Source: a virus (lineage: Duplodnaviria; Caudoviricetes). Taken from it: 64,000 nt of DNA. This document shows positions 17,234 to 27,800 of the stretch, in pieces. Within the stretch, counting starts at the first letter, position 1, and the number at the start of each line of letters is the position of its first letter. The position numbers and the translations under genes are program-made. Under the pieces are notes generated by a model. The model was not told where the DNA came from. It did not search any database and was given only the letters and a program-made list of their open reading frames with translations. Where the stretch lies: IMG/VR virus record IMGVR_UViG_3300033066_001102, positions 1 to 64,000 of that record; one strand, given 5' to 3'.

Positions 17234-17509
17234 TTACTTTTCCACCGATTCACTGTTCAAATGAATCTCTATATCCGCGATAAGAGCAAGTTTCTCCTTT
17301 ATCTTATTTTCAAAATCAGCCAACTGAGAATCGAACTCCTTTATCATCTGGATCTTTGCCTCCTCCATTCGCTTGACTTCCGATTTCAGTTGACCAGGCG
17401 TAACATAGTCAACTTTTAATGTTTCCTGCACAGACTCAATCCGCACCCTCCTGTCATCGGGTGCAACAGATGTGGATGCTGGTTCTACTGCTTGTATTTT
17501 CCTGTTCAT
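17234..17509 (-). CDS. Coiled-coil hypothetical protein, possible fibre chaperone (start revised to 17509)
   Basis: ATGA overlap with the 17506 stop; C-terminal coiled coil. Confidence 0.5.
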   Translation of the reverse strand: MNRKIQAVEPASTSVAPDDRRVRIESVQETLKVDYVTPGQLKSEVKRMEEAKIQMIKEFDSQLADFENKIKEKLALIADIEIHLNSESVEK

Positions 17510-18609
17510 ATAGATAATATTTGAAAAAAGTTTCCAGATGATCCTGCACCAGGCGCCGTAAAAATCCACCCGCTATTCCCGCTTACGTTTGTGCTGTTAG
17601 CGCCTGCGTAAAATGTGGCGCCTCCGCTTGCGGTACTATCCTTTATGCTCATATAATCAACGCTAACCGTCCCGCTTGACTTACTAATGGTTGCGGCTGA
17701 TCCGGCTGATGATGATATCAACTTTGCCAGATTGCCAACGCTGCCATTGGTTGCCAAGTTAGTAATAGTTTGTGTAACACCTGCAGTAAGTATCAACCCG
17801 GTAGCTAACCCTGCAGTGTTGATATTCAGAGTGGCAATGGTATTGGCGCCACTAAGCACATTGGCATCACCGGAAACAGTCAGCGTAGAAATGGTATTGG
17901 CGCCACTAAGCGTAATCGACGCACCGGATAAAACAATCGTGTTAAAGGTAAGGCCACCGGAAGTAAAAGCCTTTGAAGTCCCGGAAGAATCGTTTACCGT
18001 TATCGTAGATCCGGTAGCAGTAAAGGTCAAATTTGTTATGGTCCCAAAATTCCAAACCGTCCCGGTAGAAGTCAGGGTAAGGCTGCAATTTGTCATTGTC
18101 AGCGTCCTGGTATTGGAGTTGTTACTTACAAAGTTGCCGGTTGTAATAGTCCTGCCAGTAAGATCGAGGGATCCGTTGGTAAGTGTAAACCCCTTTCCTG
18201 TTACCATTGATACATTATCCTGCAGCACCCATGTCCCACCAACACCGTTAAACGTCCAGTTGCTTCCAATAGACAACCCGGCCGTTGTTATATTATGGCT
18301 TCCGCTTGTTGCAGTAAAAGTGATCGTGCCGGTATAGCTTAGTGTCATTCCGGAAACAAGCAACAACCCACCTGCGATGCTGATTGCCTGAGTGCCTGCT
18401 ATCGTTCCGGTAAATCCTGTAAGGATCAGATTCCTGCAGGTAAAGGAGTTCGTGAGCGTAACGGTAACGGCCCCGCTTGCAGCATCAATGTAAACGTCAT
18501 CGGAAGCAGTAGGGATAGGCTGCCCACCGGCGCCTCCGGACGTTAACGCCCATTTGGTTCCTGCTGTTGCGTTTGCTGATGCCGTTCCTCCTACCCAATA
18601 CAGATCCAT
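17506..18609 (-). CDS. Gly/Thr/Ser-rich beta-helical tail or fibre-associated protein (start revised to 18609)
   Basis: DLYWVGG...P..SDDVYID start; beta-strand repeats such as LSGANTI x2; YMSIKDS..GGATFYAGANS tail. Confidence 0.65.
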   Translation of the reverse strand: MDLYWVGGTASANATAGTKWALTSGGAGGQPIPTASDDVYIDAASGAVTVTLTNSFTCRNLILTGFTGTIAGTQAISIAGGLLLVSGMTLSYTGTITFTATSGSHNITTAGLSIGSNWTFNGVGGTWVLQDNVSMVTGKGFTLTNGSLDLTGRTITTGNFVSNNSNTRTLTMTNCSLTLTSTGTVWNFGTITNLTFTATGSTITVNDSSGTSKAFTSGGLTFNTIVLSGASITLSGANTISTLTVSGDANVLSGANTIATLNINTAGLATGLILTAGVTQTITNLATNGSVGNLAKLISSSAGSAATISKSSGTVSVDYMSIKDSTASGGATFYAGANSTNVSGNSGWIFTAPGAGSSGNFFQILSI

Positions 18610-18613
18610 AAAA

Positions 18614-20533
18614 CTATGCTTCTTGTGATGTTGCAATACAATCCCAAACTGATGCTACCTCATTCCAGATCAGACCAACGTAAAGATACTTTCCAAGTAC
18701 CGTCTTAGTTGGTAAGGTTGCCCCTCTGGAAGCAAACGATGCTCCCCAGGTTATAGCCCTGGCGGTACCGTTATCCAATATGCGAATAATCAAAGACTGT
18801 CCGGATGTTGGTGTACCGGATAGATTCGTTGTAAAGGAAGTGATCGCTGCAGCCAATGCTGTAATAGTGAACATATCAACATTGTCGGTATTGATTGTCG
18901 GAGTGGCGCTACTGGCCACCGTGCCCACCCTTTTCGTTACCCGCTTGTTGGTGAACGTCTGTGTCGCAGCAAGGGTAGCAACCTCATCCCAGCCGGTATC
19001 TCCTGCCGTAGAGGTCTTTAAGTACATTCTTCCTATTGATCCGGTATTTACAAAAGTAACACTGGATCTGGCCGCCGTTATCGCAGATTCCGGAGTGGCA
19101 GTGCTTACATGAAAGAAAGTTGACGTTCCGATATTCTGCATCTTCAATATCGGTTCGGTAACGGCCGCAGATGTGTCAACCAGATACAACGTACCCTCAA
19201 CGCTCAGCCTCCTGGTTGATTCATTAAAGGTGAACGTCGAATGACTGTCTATTCCGGTAGCGGTACCAACAATTACCTCCCGGTTTACAAATTCAAGATC
19301 TCCGGTAGTAAGCATGCGCTCCCAACTGGTAGAGGTAGCCCCTACTTTAAGCCATGCCGTACCATCTGATCCATCGTTTACATATGCTATGCTACTCCTT
19401 TGGGCAGTAAGCCCTGATGCGGGACTTGTTTCCCTGTAATAAGTGCCGTGATTCTTTCCGGCAACAAAATATACCATGGTATGATTGATTGCGCCCCATC
19501 CACTACCATCCGGTTCTGCACCTATTGCAAGCTGGTTACTTGCCGTGATTGCGGCATTGTATCCAAGTGACGTGGATGAATGCAGTGAATCTGTAGATGA
19601 AGACTTGCCACCAAGCATGGTCATCGCATTGCCTGTCACCAGGCCGTTACCGGTGTTGCGTCCCAAAAAGACGTTGTATTGTCCGAACTCCAGATCTCCA
19701 CCGGAATTGTACCCAAGGCCAGTGTTGTGGCTTTCCGATTCTATTTTGTGAAGGGAGTTGTACCCTATTGCAGTATTGTAGGACCCGTCAATCAATCCAT
19801 CCAACGCCTCTGCCCCAAAACCTGAATTGCCGATAATGTTTTCTACATCGGCATCGGTTAATGCACCTGATCCCCAACTGGTGTTTGTGTCTGAGTATTC
19901 TATGCTGAACAGCTTGGTTTCCCGGTGCCATTTGCCATTGACTTTTATGTCGAGCATCTTAATGCTATTGACCATAATAGCTACCGGCTGATTGTTAGCG
20001 CTTCCGATAATGCCGGGAGCAGTAAGCTCTTGACCATTGAGCAGCCACCTGTTATTGAGGTCTTTGAAGTCTAATAGCGAATTTACCTTTAATGCAAGTT
20101 CCCGGTTTATATCGGTCTGTGTGGCCCGGAAGGCCTGTGTTTCCTGCGCGCCTGCTGAAAAGACAACCATATCCGATTGAAGGATATCCCCGAAATTCCT
20201 AAACCCCTTCACCACAATACCATTCTTTGAACTGTTACAACCAAACCAACCGATATCCAGGTCGTTTAGCATGTCAATCAGTTCAAAGAGGTTGCCTGGA
20301 ACACCAACAACATACTCACGGCTGTCAATCAAAATAGATACCGGATCACCCCCATAATCAATGACCTCGTTTACATCGGCATCAAAAGTGTACTCGCTGT
20401 AGTTGCCCAACAGCTGCAGGTCAAGGTTACGGTAAGACCTTTTTGTAGGTTCCCAAAACTTTGCATTGATGGACTGCAGCACATCATTTACTGCGCCAAA
20501 ATCACCCGTTGAAACTAATGTAGGAGAAGCCAT
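18614..20533 (-). CDS. Tail fibre protein
   Basis: NTAIGYNSL, NTGLGYNSG and NVFLGRNTG repeats; an internal duplicated domain; C-terminal TPTSGQSLIIRI..NGTARAITW domain. Confidence 0.75.
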   Translation of the reverse strand: MASPTLVSTGDFGAVNDVLQSINAKFWEPTKRSYRNLDLQLLGNYSEYTFDADVNEVIDYGGDPVSILIDSREYVVGVPGNLFELIDMLNDLDIGWFGCNSSKNGIVVKGFRNFGDILQSDMVVFSAGAQETQAFRATQTDINRELALKVNSLLDFKDLNNRWLLNGQELTAPGIIGSANNQPVAIMVNSIKMLDIKVNGKWHRETKLFSIEYSDTNTSWGSGALTDADVENIIGNSGFGAEALDGLIDGSYNTAIGYNSLHKIESESHNTGLGYNSGGDLEFGQYNVFLGRNTGNGLVTGNAMTMLGGKSSSTDSLHSSTSLGYNAAITASNQLAIGAEPDGSGWGAINHTMVYFVAGKNHGTYYRETSPASGLTAQRSSIAYVNDGSDGTAWLKVGATSTSWERMLTTGDLEFVNREVIVGTATGIDSHSTFTFNESTRRLSVEGTLYLVDTSAAVTEPILKMQNIGTSTFFHVSTATPESAITAARSSVTFVNTGSIGRMYLKTSTAGDTGWDEVATLAATQTFTNKRVTKRVGTVASSATPTINTDNVDMFTITALAAAITSFTTNLSGTPTSGQSLIIRILDNGTARAITWGASFASRGATLPTKTVLGKYLYVGLIWNEVASVWDCIATSQEA

Positions 20534-23500
20534 TATGCAGGGGGATTAATGTTTACAATAATTGCGGACGCCGTAGTAACTCCTGTAAGCTTGATCTTCA
20601 TAATGCTATGCTCCGGAACATCTATTAATGAACTGGAAGTTGACAGTTCGCTGATAGGCACGATATCAACCGGAGTAAGACCGGGCACCGGAAGCGGGAA
20701 GTATTTGAAGTAATCGTATGCATGGCACGTTCCTATTGAACCGTAAAGCTCTTCGCTGTAACACCCTGTTACATCCACATCCGTTAACAAAGTGGTGCCA
20801 TCCACGACAATACTCTGGATGACTTCCGCATCATTGATATTGTACAGCCATAAGTAAACCACGGAATCAACCTCAAATGCTACAATATCAAACTGTAGTG
20901 GCTGGTTCGTGATCGTCACCGGAATGAATACCGGGTAGCCGCCTGAATACGTGCTTAATGGTTTAAGCAGTTCGTATGCTACCCCTTGTATTCGCTTCAC
21001 GAATGTATCCGCGCCAGATCCGTTTATGTATGACGGATCGATCGAGAACAATGCATCTTGCGCAGTAATTACCGAAACGGCACTTTCGTTCATTAAGAAT
21101 ACAGCGCTTGAGATAAAATTATCGTGAGTATGATTGAACTTGAAAAACTCAATTATCTCATTTATGATCATAAGCCCATGTAGCATGGTGTTCGCTACAT
21201 ATCCGGTACGCTGCTGCGAGCATCCGTATTGCCCAACATGCATCCTTAACGGATAAGCCAGGTCATAATAAGTTTGCAGCCTGGGCAGGACTTCCCCGTA
21301 TAAACTGTTATTGCCATCAAACAGATTATCCCTTGTATAATCCAGAGCAAGGGCAAAGTAAACATCAATATCCGTAGAGTTGTTTGCCCCGGGAGAGTTG
21401 CCGCCATTATCCCCTAACCAGAAGTATTGACTGAATTCCTCGATACCCTGAGAGATTGCACAAGCCACAACATCAGCATTGGTCCAACCGGAACGATCCT
21501 GAATAGCCAGGTTTATCACCCTTACTGCATTTGGGAAATTGGCTTTTACATAATTATCAAACGTAACAACCAGGGCTATGTACTCCGCAGAAGTCATCGA
21601 GGCGCCAGGTGTAACAGCGTCAGAATTGCCGGTACTCATCTCGTTACCGTATCGCACCTTGTAAGGGATACCAAGCGATTCCAGTTCTGTAAGATATTGC
21701 CCTAACTCGGTTGTGGTACCGTGCGATAGGTTTGCCGTAAACACGATCATGCTCATGTTTGCAACCGAATTACAATACGTCTTAAACCGGGCCCAGAAGT
21801 CCTGCCCGGAATCGTTGTACGTTTCGTGCAGGTCTACGGCATCATCAACGCTTCCGGTATAATGATAGATCTCATTTGTATTTGCCCGCATCCCTACATT
21901 TGATACCGTTGTCAATGGCTCGTTGTTTGGCACAAGGTCAAACCCGCCACGCTTGCTTACATAGTGTATCCACCGATCCTGAGCACCGGATGAATAGACG
22001 CCATGCTTAAATCCAATTTCATTTACAAAGTCCGTGAAATCGGTTTTGCTGTATAAATCAGTATAATATAAGCCCACGTTATCCAATGCAACCCCAAACA
22101 ACGGCAGCATGTTATCAATTTCATCAGCAGTGTCCGGAGTGGTGAATACCACGGACAAGCTGTATGGGCGAAGCCTTAAGGTGTCCTGCTCAACATATGT
22201 AACGCCTTCGGTGACAGGATCCGTCGCATTCGTGCTGTAGTTTTGTGTTACAGACAGATTACTTGCCGGCACCGATACGCCATCAATAATGAGTGAATCG
22301 ACAGTAATATCCTCTGCAGTAGGATTCAGCAGCAGCACCCGGATCTCGCTGCCAACCTTTATCGCGAGCGTCACCAGGTTACTGTCAACAATAGAACTAT
22401 TGCTTACCATGGGCAGCAGCTTTTGATTATCCGCAAAGAAGCTACCCAACTGAACCATGAAAGGGTAATGCACTTTTGTGCTGTAATCATCATTCACATC
22501 AAACAGCTGCTTGATATTCATGAAACACGCTCCTACCAATTTGTCATCATGATCCAGATTGTCTTTGGTAAGAGTCATGTATATTTCGGCCATGAGCAAG
22601 CCATTTGCAGCCGTGTTACGGATCGGGGAAGTAGCCTTAACAGTAACCTGGGATAAGAACACCCCCTTACCGTTTAAGTCGCTATCCTCTACGAATGCCC
22701 AAAAATCAGTCCGATCAGCAACCTTCTGGCGAACCGCAGGATAATCCACCGCGTCGCTATCTTTAAACTGATAATACTGCCGGTTTACATCAACAATATC
22801 CAGTTCCATTAAGACCTGATTCCAGTCGGCATCATCATTGCCTCCGTCGTCCCACAACCTGCCATCCATAGAGATAATGACATTAGGAAGTGCCGCCCGG
22901 ATATATTCAAGGATAGTCGTTCCTGCATCTACTTCGGTCAACAGCCGATAAAGAATTTGCGCCTTCGTTGTTTCTGCCCCTCCGGTATTCACAAACAGAT
23001 CCTCCCATGCGCCGGTCTTTAACTCCATACCCAACTCCAAGATATCAAGACTGGCATTTGTAGCATTAATTCCGGCAACGATTAGATCAACCTCGTCCTT
23101 TACGGCCTGATAGTCCACCGAAGCCCATACGATTGTATCATTGCTGAATGGAATTAGCGGAGAGGCCAGGTTCAATCCAACTACAGCCCTGGTTATTTCC
23201 AACTGGTCGATGAAGTACTGGAACTCGGTAAAGAACTTGCGGCCATAAGGATTGCCGCCATTATACAGGTCACCGCCTTGTACCGTTGTATAGTCAAGCC
23301 CCCGATCGGTAGCATCCGATTCGATACTTCCCCATCCATCCGTTCCTGCAGGATGCCACCAGTCGATGACAGCGCCGGTCGGGAAAGCCAAGAAACTGAA
23401 ATTAAGCTCCTTCACCGCATTAATCAGATCGGTATTTCCTACAAGTGAATTTTCAATAGAAAGGTCAAACCATGTGGATCCCCAAATATTAAGCATATCA

Positions 23501-23946
23501 ACAGGCGATTCCGTCGATATGGAAAGAGTAATGACATCGGTGTCGATAGCATTATCAGGGAACATCTCACCGTACTGGTGATAGGCCTGTACGGTAAATA
23601 TATGATTATCGTCCACCGACCAGGTTCCAAGCCCCATGGCATTCAGGGCATCCAATAATTCTTCTTCATCTGCAACATCCTCCGCAACCAACTCGATATT
23701 GTTATCCACCACAACCCAATAGGTAAACGGATATTCAAATCCGGATGCATCGTAAGTATAGGTAAGTAGCCTGGAATAGTACCCGATGAAGGCATATGAC
23801 TCCGTTACCTCCATTGACGCAGCCCCATTCTCACTATTTGGATCACATGAACAGTCATTCTCTACCCTTAATGCGGGCAGCCGCTTTGCCTCCGAAGTAT
23901 CGCAGGTCCTGTTATTAACAACCAATGCAGGAAGTGTTGTTGACAT
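20533..23946 (-). CDS. Tail spike with two tandem clan GH-A-like barrel plus beta-sandwich modules
   Basis: FLAFPTG..DWW / ELGME / LSQ in module 1 and YSSG..D / YGNE / VGQYG in module 2, each followed by a VLLLN or LWLYN beta-domain. Confidence 0.6.
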   Translation of the reverse strand: MSTTLPALVVNNRTCDTSEAKRLPALRVENDCSCDPNSENGAASMEVTESYAFIGYYSRLLTYTYDASGFEYPFTYWVVVDNNIELVAEDVADEEELLDALNAMGLGTWSVDDNHIFTVQAYHQYGEMFPDNAIDTDVITLSISTESPVDMLNIWGSTWFDLSIENSLVGNTDLINAVKELNFSFLAFPTGAVIDWWHPAGTDGWGSIESDATDRGLDYTTVQGGDLYNGGNPYGRKFFTEFQYFIDQLEITRAVVGLNLASPLIPFSNDTIVWASVDYQAVKDEVDLIVAGINATNASLDILELGMELKTGAWEDLFVNTGGAETTKAQILYRLLTEVDAGTTILEYIRAALPNVIISMDGRLWDDGGNDDADWNQVLMELDIVDVNRQYYQFKDSDAVDYPAVRQKVADRTDFWAFVEDSDLNGKGVFLSQVTVKATSPIRNTAANGLLMAEIYMTLTKDNLDHDDKLVGACFMNIKQLFDVNDDYSTKVHYPFMVQLGSFFADNQKLLPMVSNSSIVDSNLVTLAIKVGSEIRVLLLNPTAEDITVDSLIIDGVSVPASNLSVTQNYSTNATDPVTEGVTYVEQDTLRLRPYSLSVVFTTPDTADEIDNMLPLFGVALDNVGLYYTDLYSKTDFTDFVNEIGFKHGVYSSGAQDRWIHYVSKRGGFDLVPNNEPLTTVSNVGMRANTNEIYHYTGSVDDAVDLHETYNDSGQDFWARFKTYCNSVANMSMIVFTANLSHGTTTELGQYLTELESLGIPYKVRYGNEMSTGNSDAVTPGASMTSAEYIALVVTFDNYVKANFPNAVRVINLAIQDRSGWTNADVVACAISQGIEEFSQYFWLGDNGGNSPGANNSTDIDVYFALALDYTRDNLFDGNNSLYGEVLPRLQTYYDLAYPLRMHVGQYGCSQQRTGYVANTMLHGLMIINEIIEFFKFNHTHDNFISSAVFLMNESAVSVITAQDALFSIDPSYINGSGADTFVKRIQGVAYELLKPLSTYSGGYPVFIPVTITNQPLQFDIVAFEVDSVVYLWLYNINDAEVIQSIVVDGTTLLTDVDVTGCYSEELYGSIGTCHAYDYFKYFPLPVPGLTPVDIVPISELSTSSSLIDVPEHSIMKIKLTGVTTASAIIVNINPPA

Positions 23947-23949
23947 GGA

Positions 23950-24189
23950 TCAGTATCGGTTTTGATAGTAACAGTTATAGATCTCGTATTCTTCTTCAGT
24001 AGCGTTATGCTGCAAAAGGTATATCAGCAGTTGAAAAATAGTAATGCTGTTTTCCAGTCCGAAGCGTGACAATCCGATGTTTCCCCGGTACACTTTCTTG
24101 CAGTGCGCCGACGACAACTTGGCTATGATGGTACACGCTAATGCATTGGCATCCGTGTTCTCGATTTCTTTGATATCTGGGACTACCAT
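23950..24189 (-). CDS. Small hypothetical protein in the structural module
   Basis: Overlaps the 24183 gene; helical and Cys-containing. Confidence 0.5.
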   Translation of the reverse strand: MVVPDIKEIENTDANALACTIIAKLSSAHCKKVYRGNIGLSRFGLENSITIFQLLIYLLQHNATEEEYEIYNCYYQNRY

Positions 24190-24860
24190 TCCGGATCAGT
24201 TTGAAGTTTGATTATCTTTTTCTGTACAGAACTCAACCCGTTTGTAACACAGTTGCAATCGCATCCATCTGTTTGCGCCACGAACTTAAGGCTCTCAAAA
24301 TCCTTTACGGTCTGATAGTACAGATCAATATACTTCTTGTCATTGCACTGAGAAACGCCATTGAAGATTTTCTTTCCAATAGCGGTAATCGCCGCTTGCG
24401 CTTGACTATAAAGAAAAACAGATTCCGTTACCGTGCCGGCTACTGTTTCTTCGTCGGAGTAAACATCATACTTAAATGTCCAACAGCCATCACTGAAGCA
24501 GGAAGCCACAACCCCGTCGCAGTCACTTAGAACCGATTCGCCCCCACATACATCGCAACCTTCAACCACATCATCCTCGTCTTCATCTTCCTCCTCATCC
24601 TCTGGAGCGTAGTTGTCGCAGTTAAATGAAATCTGGCCTTGTGACGGAAGATACCCGAGATCTGTCAGTTCCGTAAAAGTATCCGCGCCTGGAGCTTTAA
24701 CGGATATTACCGTTTTAAACACATCCTCCTTCGCAATGTTAGGAGAACCATACCCACCCGGTTCATCATCGGCATCGTAGTCAGGAGTAGTATCTTCAAA
24801 ATAGTTTGTCTTTTGATCCGGATAACCGAGCGTTACCGTGAATTCTGGAATGAGCGCCAT
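24183..24860 (-). CDS. Acidic Cys-rich putative structural protein
   Basis: DTTPDY...PGGYGSPN start, acidic run, CDVC and CDCNC clusters. Confidence 0.6.
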   Translation of the reverse strand: MALIPEFTVTLGYPDQKTNYFEDTTPDYDADDEPGGYGSPNIAKEDVFKTVISVKAPGADTFTELTDLGYLPSQGQISFNCDNYAPEDEEEDEDEDDVVEGCDVCGGESVLSDCDGVVASCFSDGCWTFKYDVYSDEETVAGTVTESVFLYSQAQAAITAIGKKIFNGVSQCNDKKYIDLYYQTVKDFESLKFVAQTDGCDCNCVTNGLSSVQKKIIKLQTDPEW

Positions 24861-24861
24861 A

Positions 24862-27800
24862 TCAATTTTTATTTTCTCTTAGTTTGGCCCTATAGCGATA
24901 TTCACGCTGTTCTTTAGGAGTCATTTCTTGACGATTTTGCTCCTTAGAATAGTACATCGCATCCATCAATTCTAAGTAAAGATAATCACTAATAACATTC
25001 AAATCCCTAAAACTCTGAAGCTCAGTCTTAATCTGCGCATCGGTAGCGCCCCTTAATTCTTCCTTTATATATGCTGGCTTCGATTCTGCCGGCAAGTTAT
25101 GAATGAACTTTTGACGCTTACTCAAAGGAAATTTAGGCATTTCCACAACCTTTTTGGTTTGCTGAAGTATCAATCGTTCAGATTCCGGTGTCTCAGGATC
25201 CGCAATTTTAAAGTTGATAGAATCCATGGCTTCATCTTTCGGCATTGTGCTGTATTGTGAATCGTACAATTTTTGAGCATCTTCTTTAACTTTAGCCATA
25301 TCATACTGTTGTTCATGTAAAGAGGAGTAGTCGGATGGTTTTACTGCCATTGACCGCTGATTCAGAGTATTCAAAATCTCCTTATTAATGAAAGGAACCT
25401 GAATTACCAGGTTACCCATTGCCAATGCCGCCCGTGCCATATTATACTTTGCCAGCGCATCATCATCCGGATTACCATTGCCGACCACATCCATTGCATC
25501 TAACACCGGTTGGTACAGCTTATCTATCGGAGTAGTGAACGGCATAAAGATATTGTACACCTGCTTTGCCTGCGCCCATTCCGTTGGTAATGGGAAGTTT
25601 GGACTGTATAAAAGCGCATCATGGTATGAATTATATGCATGCCCTATAAGATTTTCAGTTACCCGCTTATTAGCCATTTCAGCTAATGCATTGAAAATGA
25701 TTTTGTTGAAGTAAGGCAGCCTTCCAAGTGCGAATAATTGCAATCCTGCAGAAAACAGATTCCTTGCCCAATACTCTTTAGTGTACAGATCTTCCAATTG
25801 CGCCTTTTTCTCTTTCGGATCTCCACCCATGCCGATAATCAATGCGCTGATCAACTTTGACATTACATTAAATGCCATATTACCTGCCAGATATCCCATG
25901 GTAATTCCAGCAGACTTAAGCCTTCCGTATTCACCTTTACCAGAAATTAAATCAGAAGCATATCGTTGAGCATACGCCGTTTGTTGATACATAAGTACTC
26001 CAAGGAAGTAACGGAACCGCCCCATGGCATACGCATACCATGCTTTTCGCTCATCTTCATTCTGAAAACTATATACCTTTTCTGCCGCTCTTCCCCGGTT
26101 TGAAACACCAATGGATTTGTCCACAATCTTCTCAGCATAGTTCCCCGCTGCAGTAACTACTTCCGGAGGCAATGTTGTGGTAATATCTTGAACCGGAATA
26201 TTTTCATCGTACCCGTGATCCTTTAGGTATTGCCGGAAAGAAGCTACCCATATCGGGAAGGAGCTCGGATAGTCGCCTATACCAATACTAAGTTGCTGAA
26301 TCAAATCTCCTGTCCTACGAACAGCATTGTGCTGCCATGCATTGAAAGTGTCAAATGCAAGTGTTTCTAATTTACTTCTGTTACGATGGTCGTACTTCTT
26401 CATCGTCGTCCTCGACTCTTTCCAGTGTTTCAATGGTGATAGGAACGGATTGTGCAGGATCATTGATTGCCCACCTGGCATATCAACAAGCTCGGTGTGT
26501 GTGCTAAACCGTTGATAAATACTGAATCCATTATTACGCATAAGTTCCAACCATTCCCTTGAGTGTGAAAAGAAATCACGGCCATTTTTATAAATGATTT
26601 TAATTGCATTATATGGATTGCTTGACAAGTAAGCAGCTGCAATGGTCCAGTTAGGAATATATTCCGCAAACCGCTTTACACTGACAAGCGCCTGACCGGT
26701 GAGGGACCGGATTAATGCATCTACAATCTTCTGTCCTGTTGACTTCGACAATTCGTTAAATCCTATCTCATGCTTCAGCATAGTCATTACCTGATCGCGC
26801 AACGTAGTAGCAAGGTCTGAAGTCATTGCATCGGTAAAGGTCGGGGTGATCATTGCCCCAAATACTTCACGGATCGGTTCTGTCAAGTGTTTATCAAACA
26901 AAGTCCCTTCAATGCTTCCGAGTAGTGACTGATAGGCAAAAGAGTAAAATACCTTTTTCGGATAGGTACGCTGGAACATGGATGATGCCTTTGTATTCAT
27001 TATCGCATCCCGAAGCCCATCGCCAGATTCCATAGCAGCAATCTGATTCTCCAACTTTGCTTCATCCACGTTAACACCTCCCAATATGGTCATAGGATGG
27101 TAGTTCTCGATGAAGTTTACATTTTCACCACGCACGTACATCTGCAGGTATTGAACGATTGGTTGCAACCGATCTTCGACAAGGTCATGCAAACCGTTTG
27201 CAAAGGCTTTTTGCGCAGGAGTGAAAGAATCCCATGTTGCCTGAAGATCAATTACCCGTTCTTCTGTATCATCGGTTGGTGTTGTGAATTTTAATGCATT
27301 GTAGGCATCCAGGTAATCCATTTCAAATACATCGGAATAGAATGAACTCTCACGCATGTTTGCGATGCTGTCATTCAGTTTCTTTTTGAAATCAATATCC
27401 GGACGGTTACGATCCACCTGATTTGCAAATGCCCACATCCTAACCATCATTGCCGCCTTTGATCTGGAATTTAGACCGGTACCAAGCGCGTCGTATAGTT
27501 TATCCAATTGATGCTTAACAGTCTGATAGTCCGTCCGGAATTGTTCAATGGCTGTAGTGATCGGCTGAATATAATGCTGCCAGAAAGGAGCGTCATATTT
27601 CATATTTGGATCGGGCCTTAATAGAATCGTATCCCACAATGTCTTAGGATTGCGTTTCAGTTCTTCTGCTAATTCCCGGATATTCTTAAAGTAAAATTCC
27701 GTTTCCTGCTTCATGTTAACCACCGTCGCTGCCTTCTGCTGCTTACGTGCAGGAAGCACCCAATCCTTGTCCATGTGACCGGAAACAAGTTGGTTGTGAT

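Noticed and set aside
17836-17911. Exact 22-bp direct repeat (AATGGTATTGGCGCCACTAAGC) 54 bp apart
   Set aside because: In-frame duplication of the LSGANTI repeat; no reverse transcriptase or invertase in the window, so not a DGR or shufflon
17687-18337. 216-aa + strand ORF opposite the beta-helical tail gene
   Set aside because: Val/Pro-rich antisense shadow of Thr/Gly/Asn codons; no motifs and against operon direction
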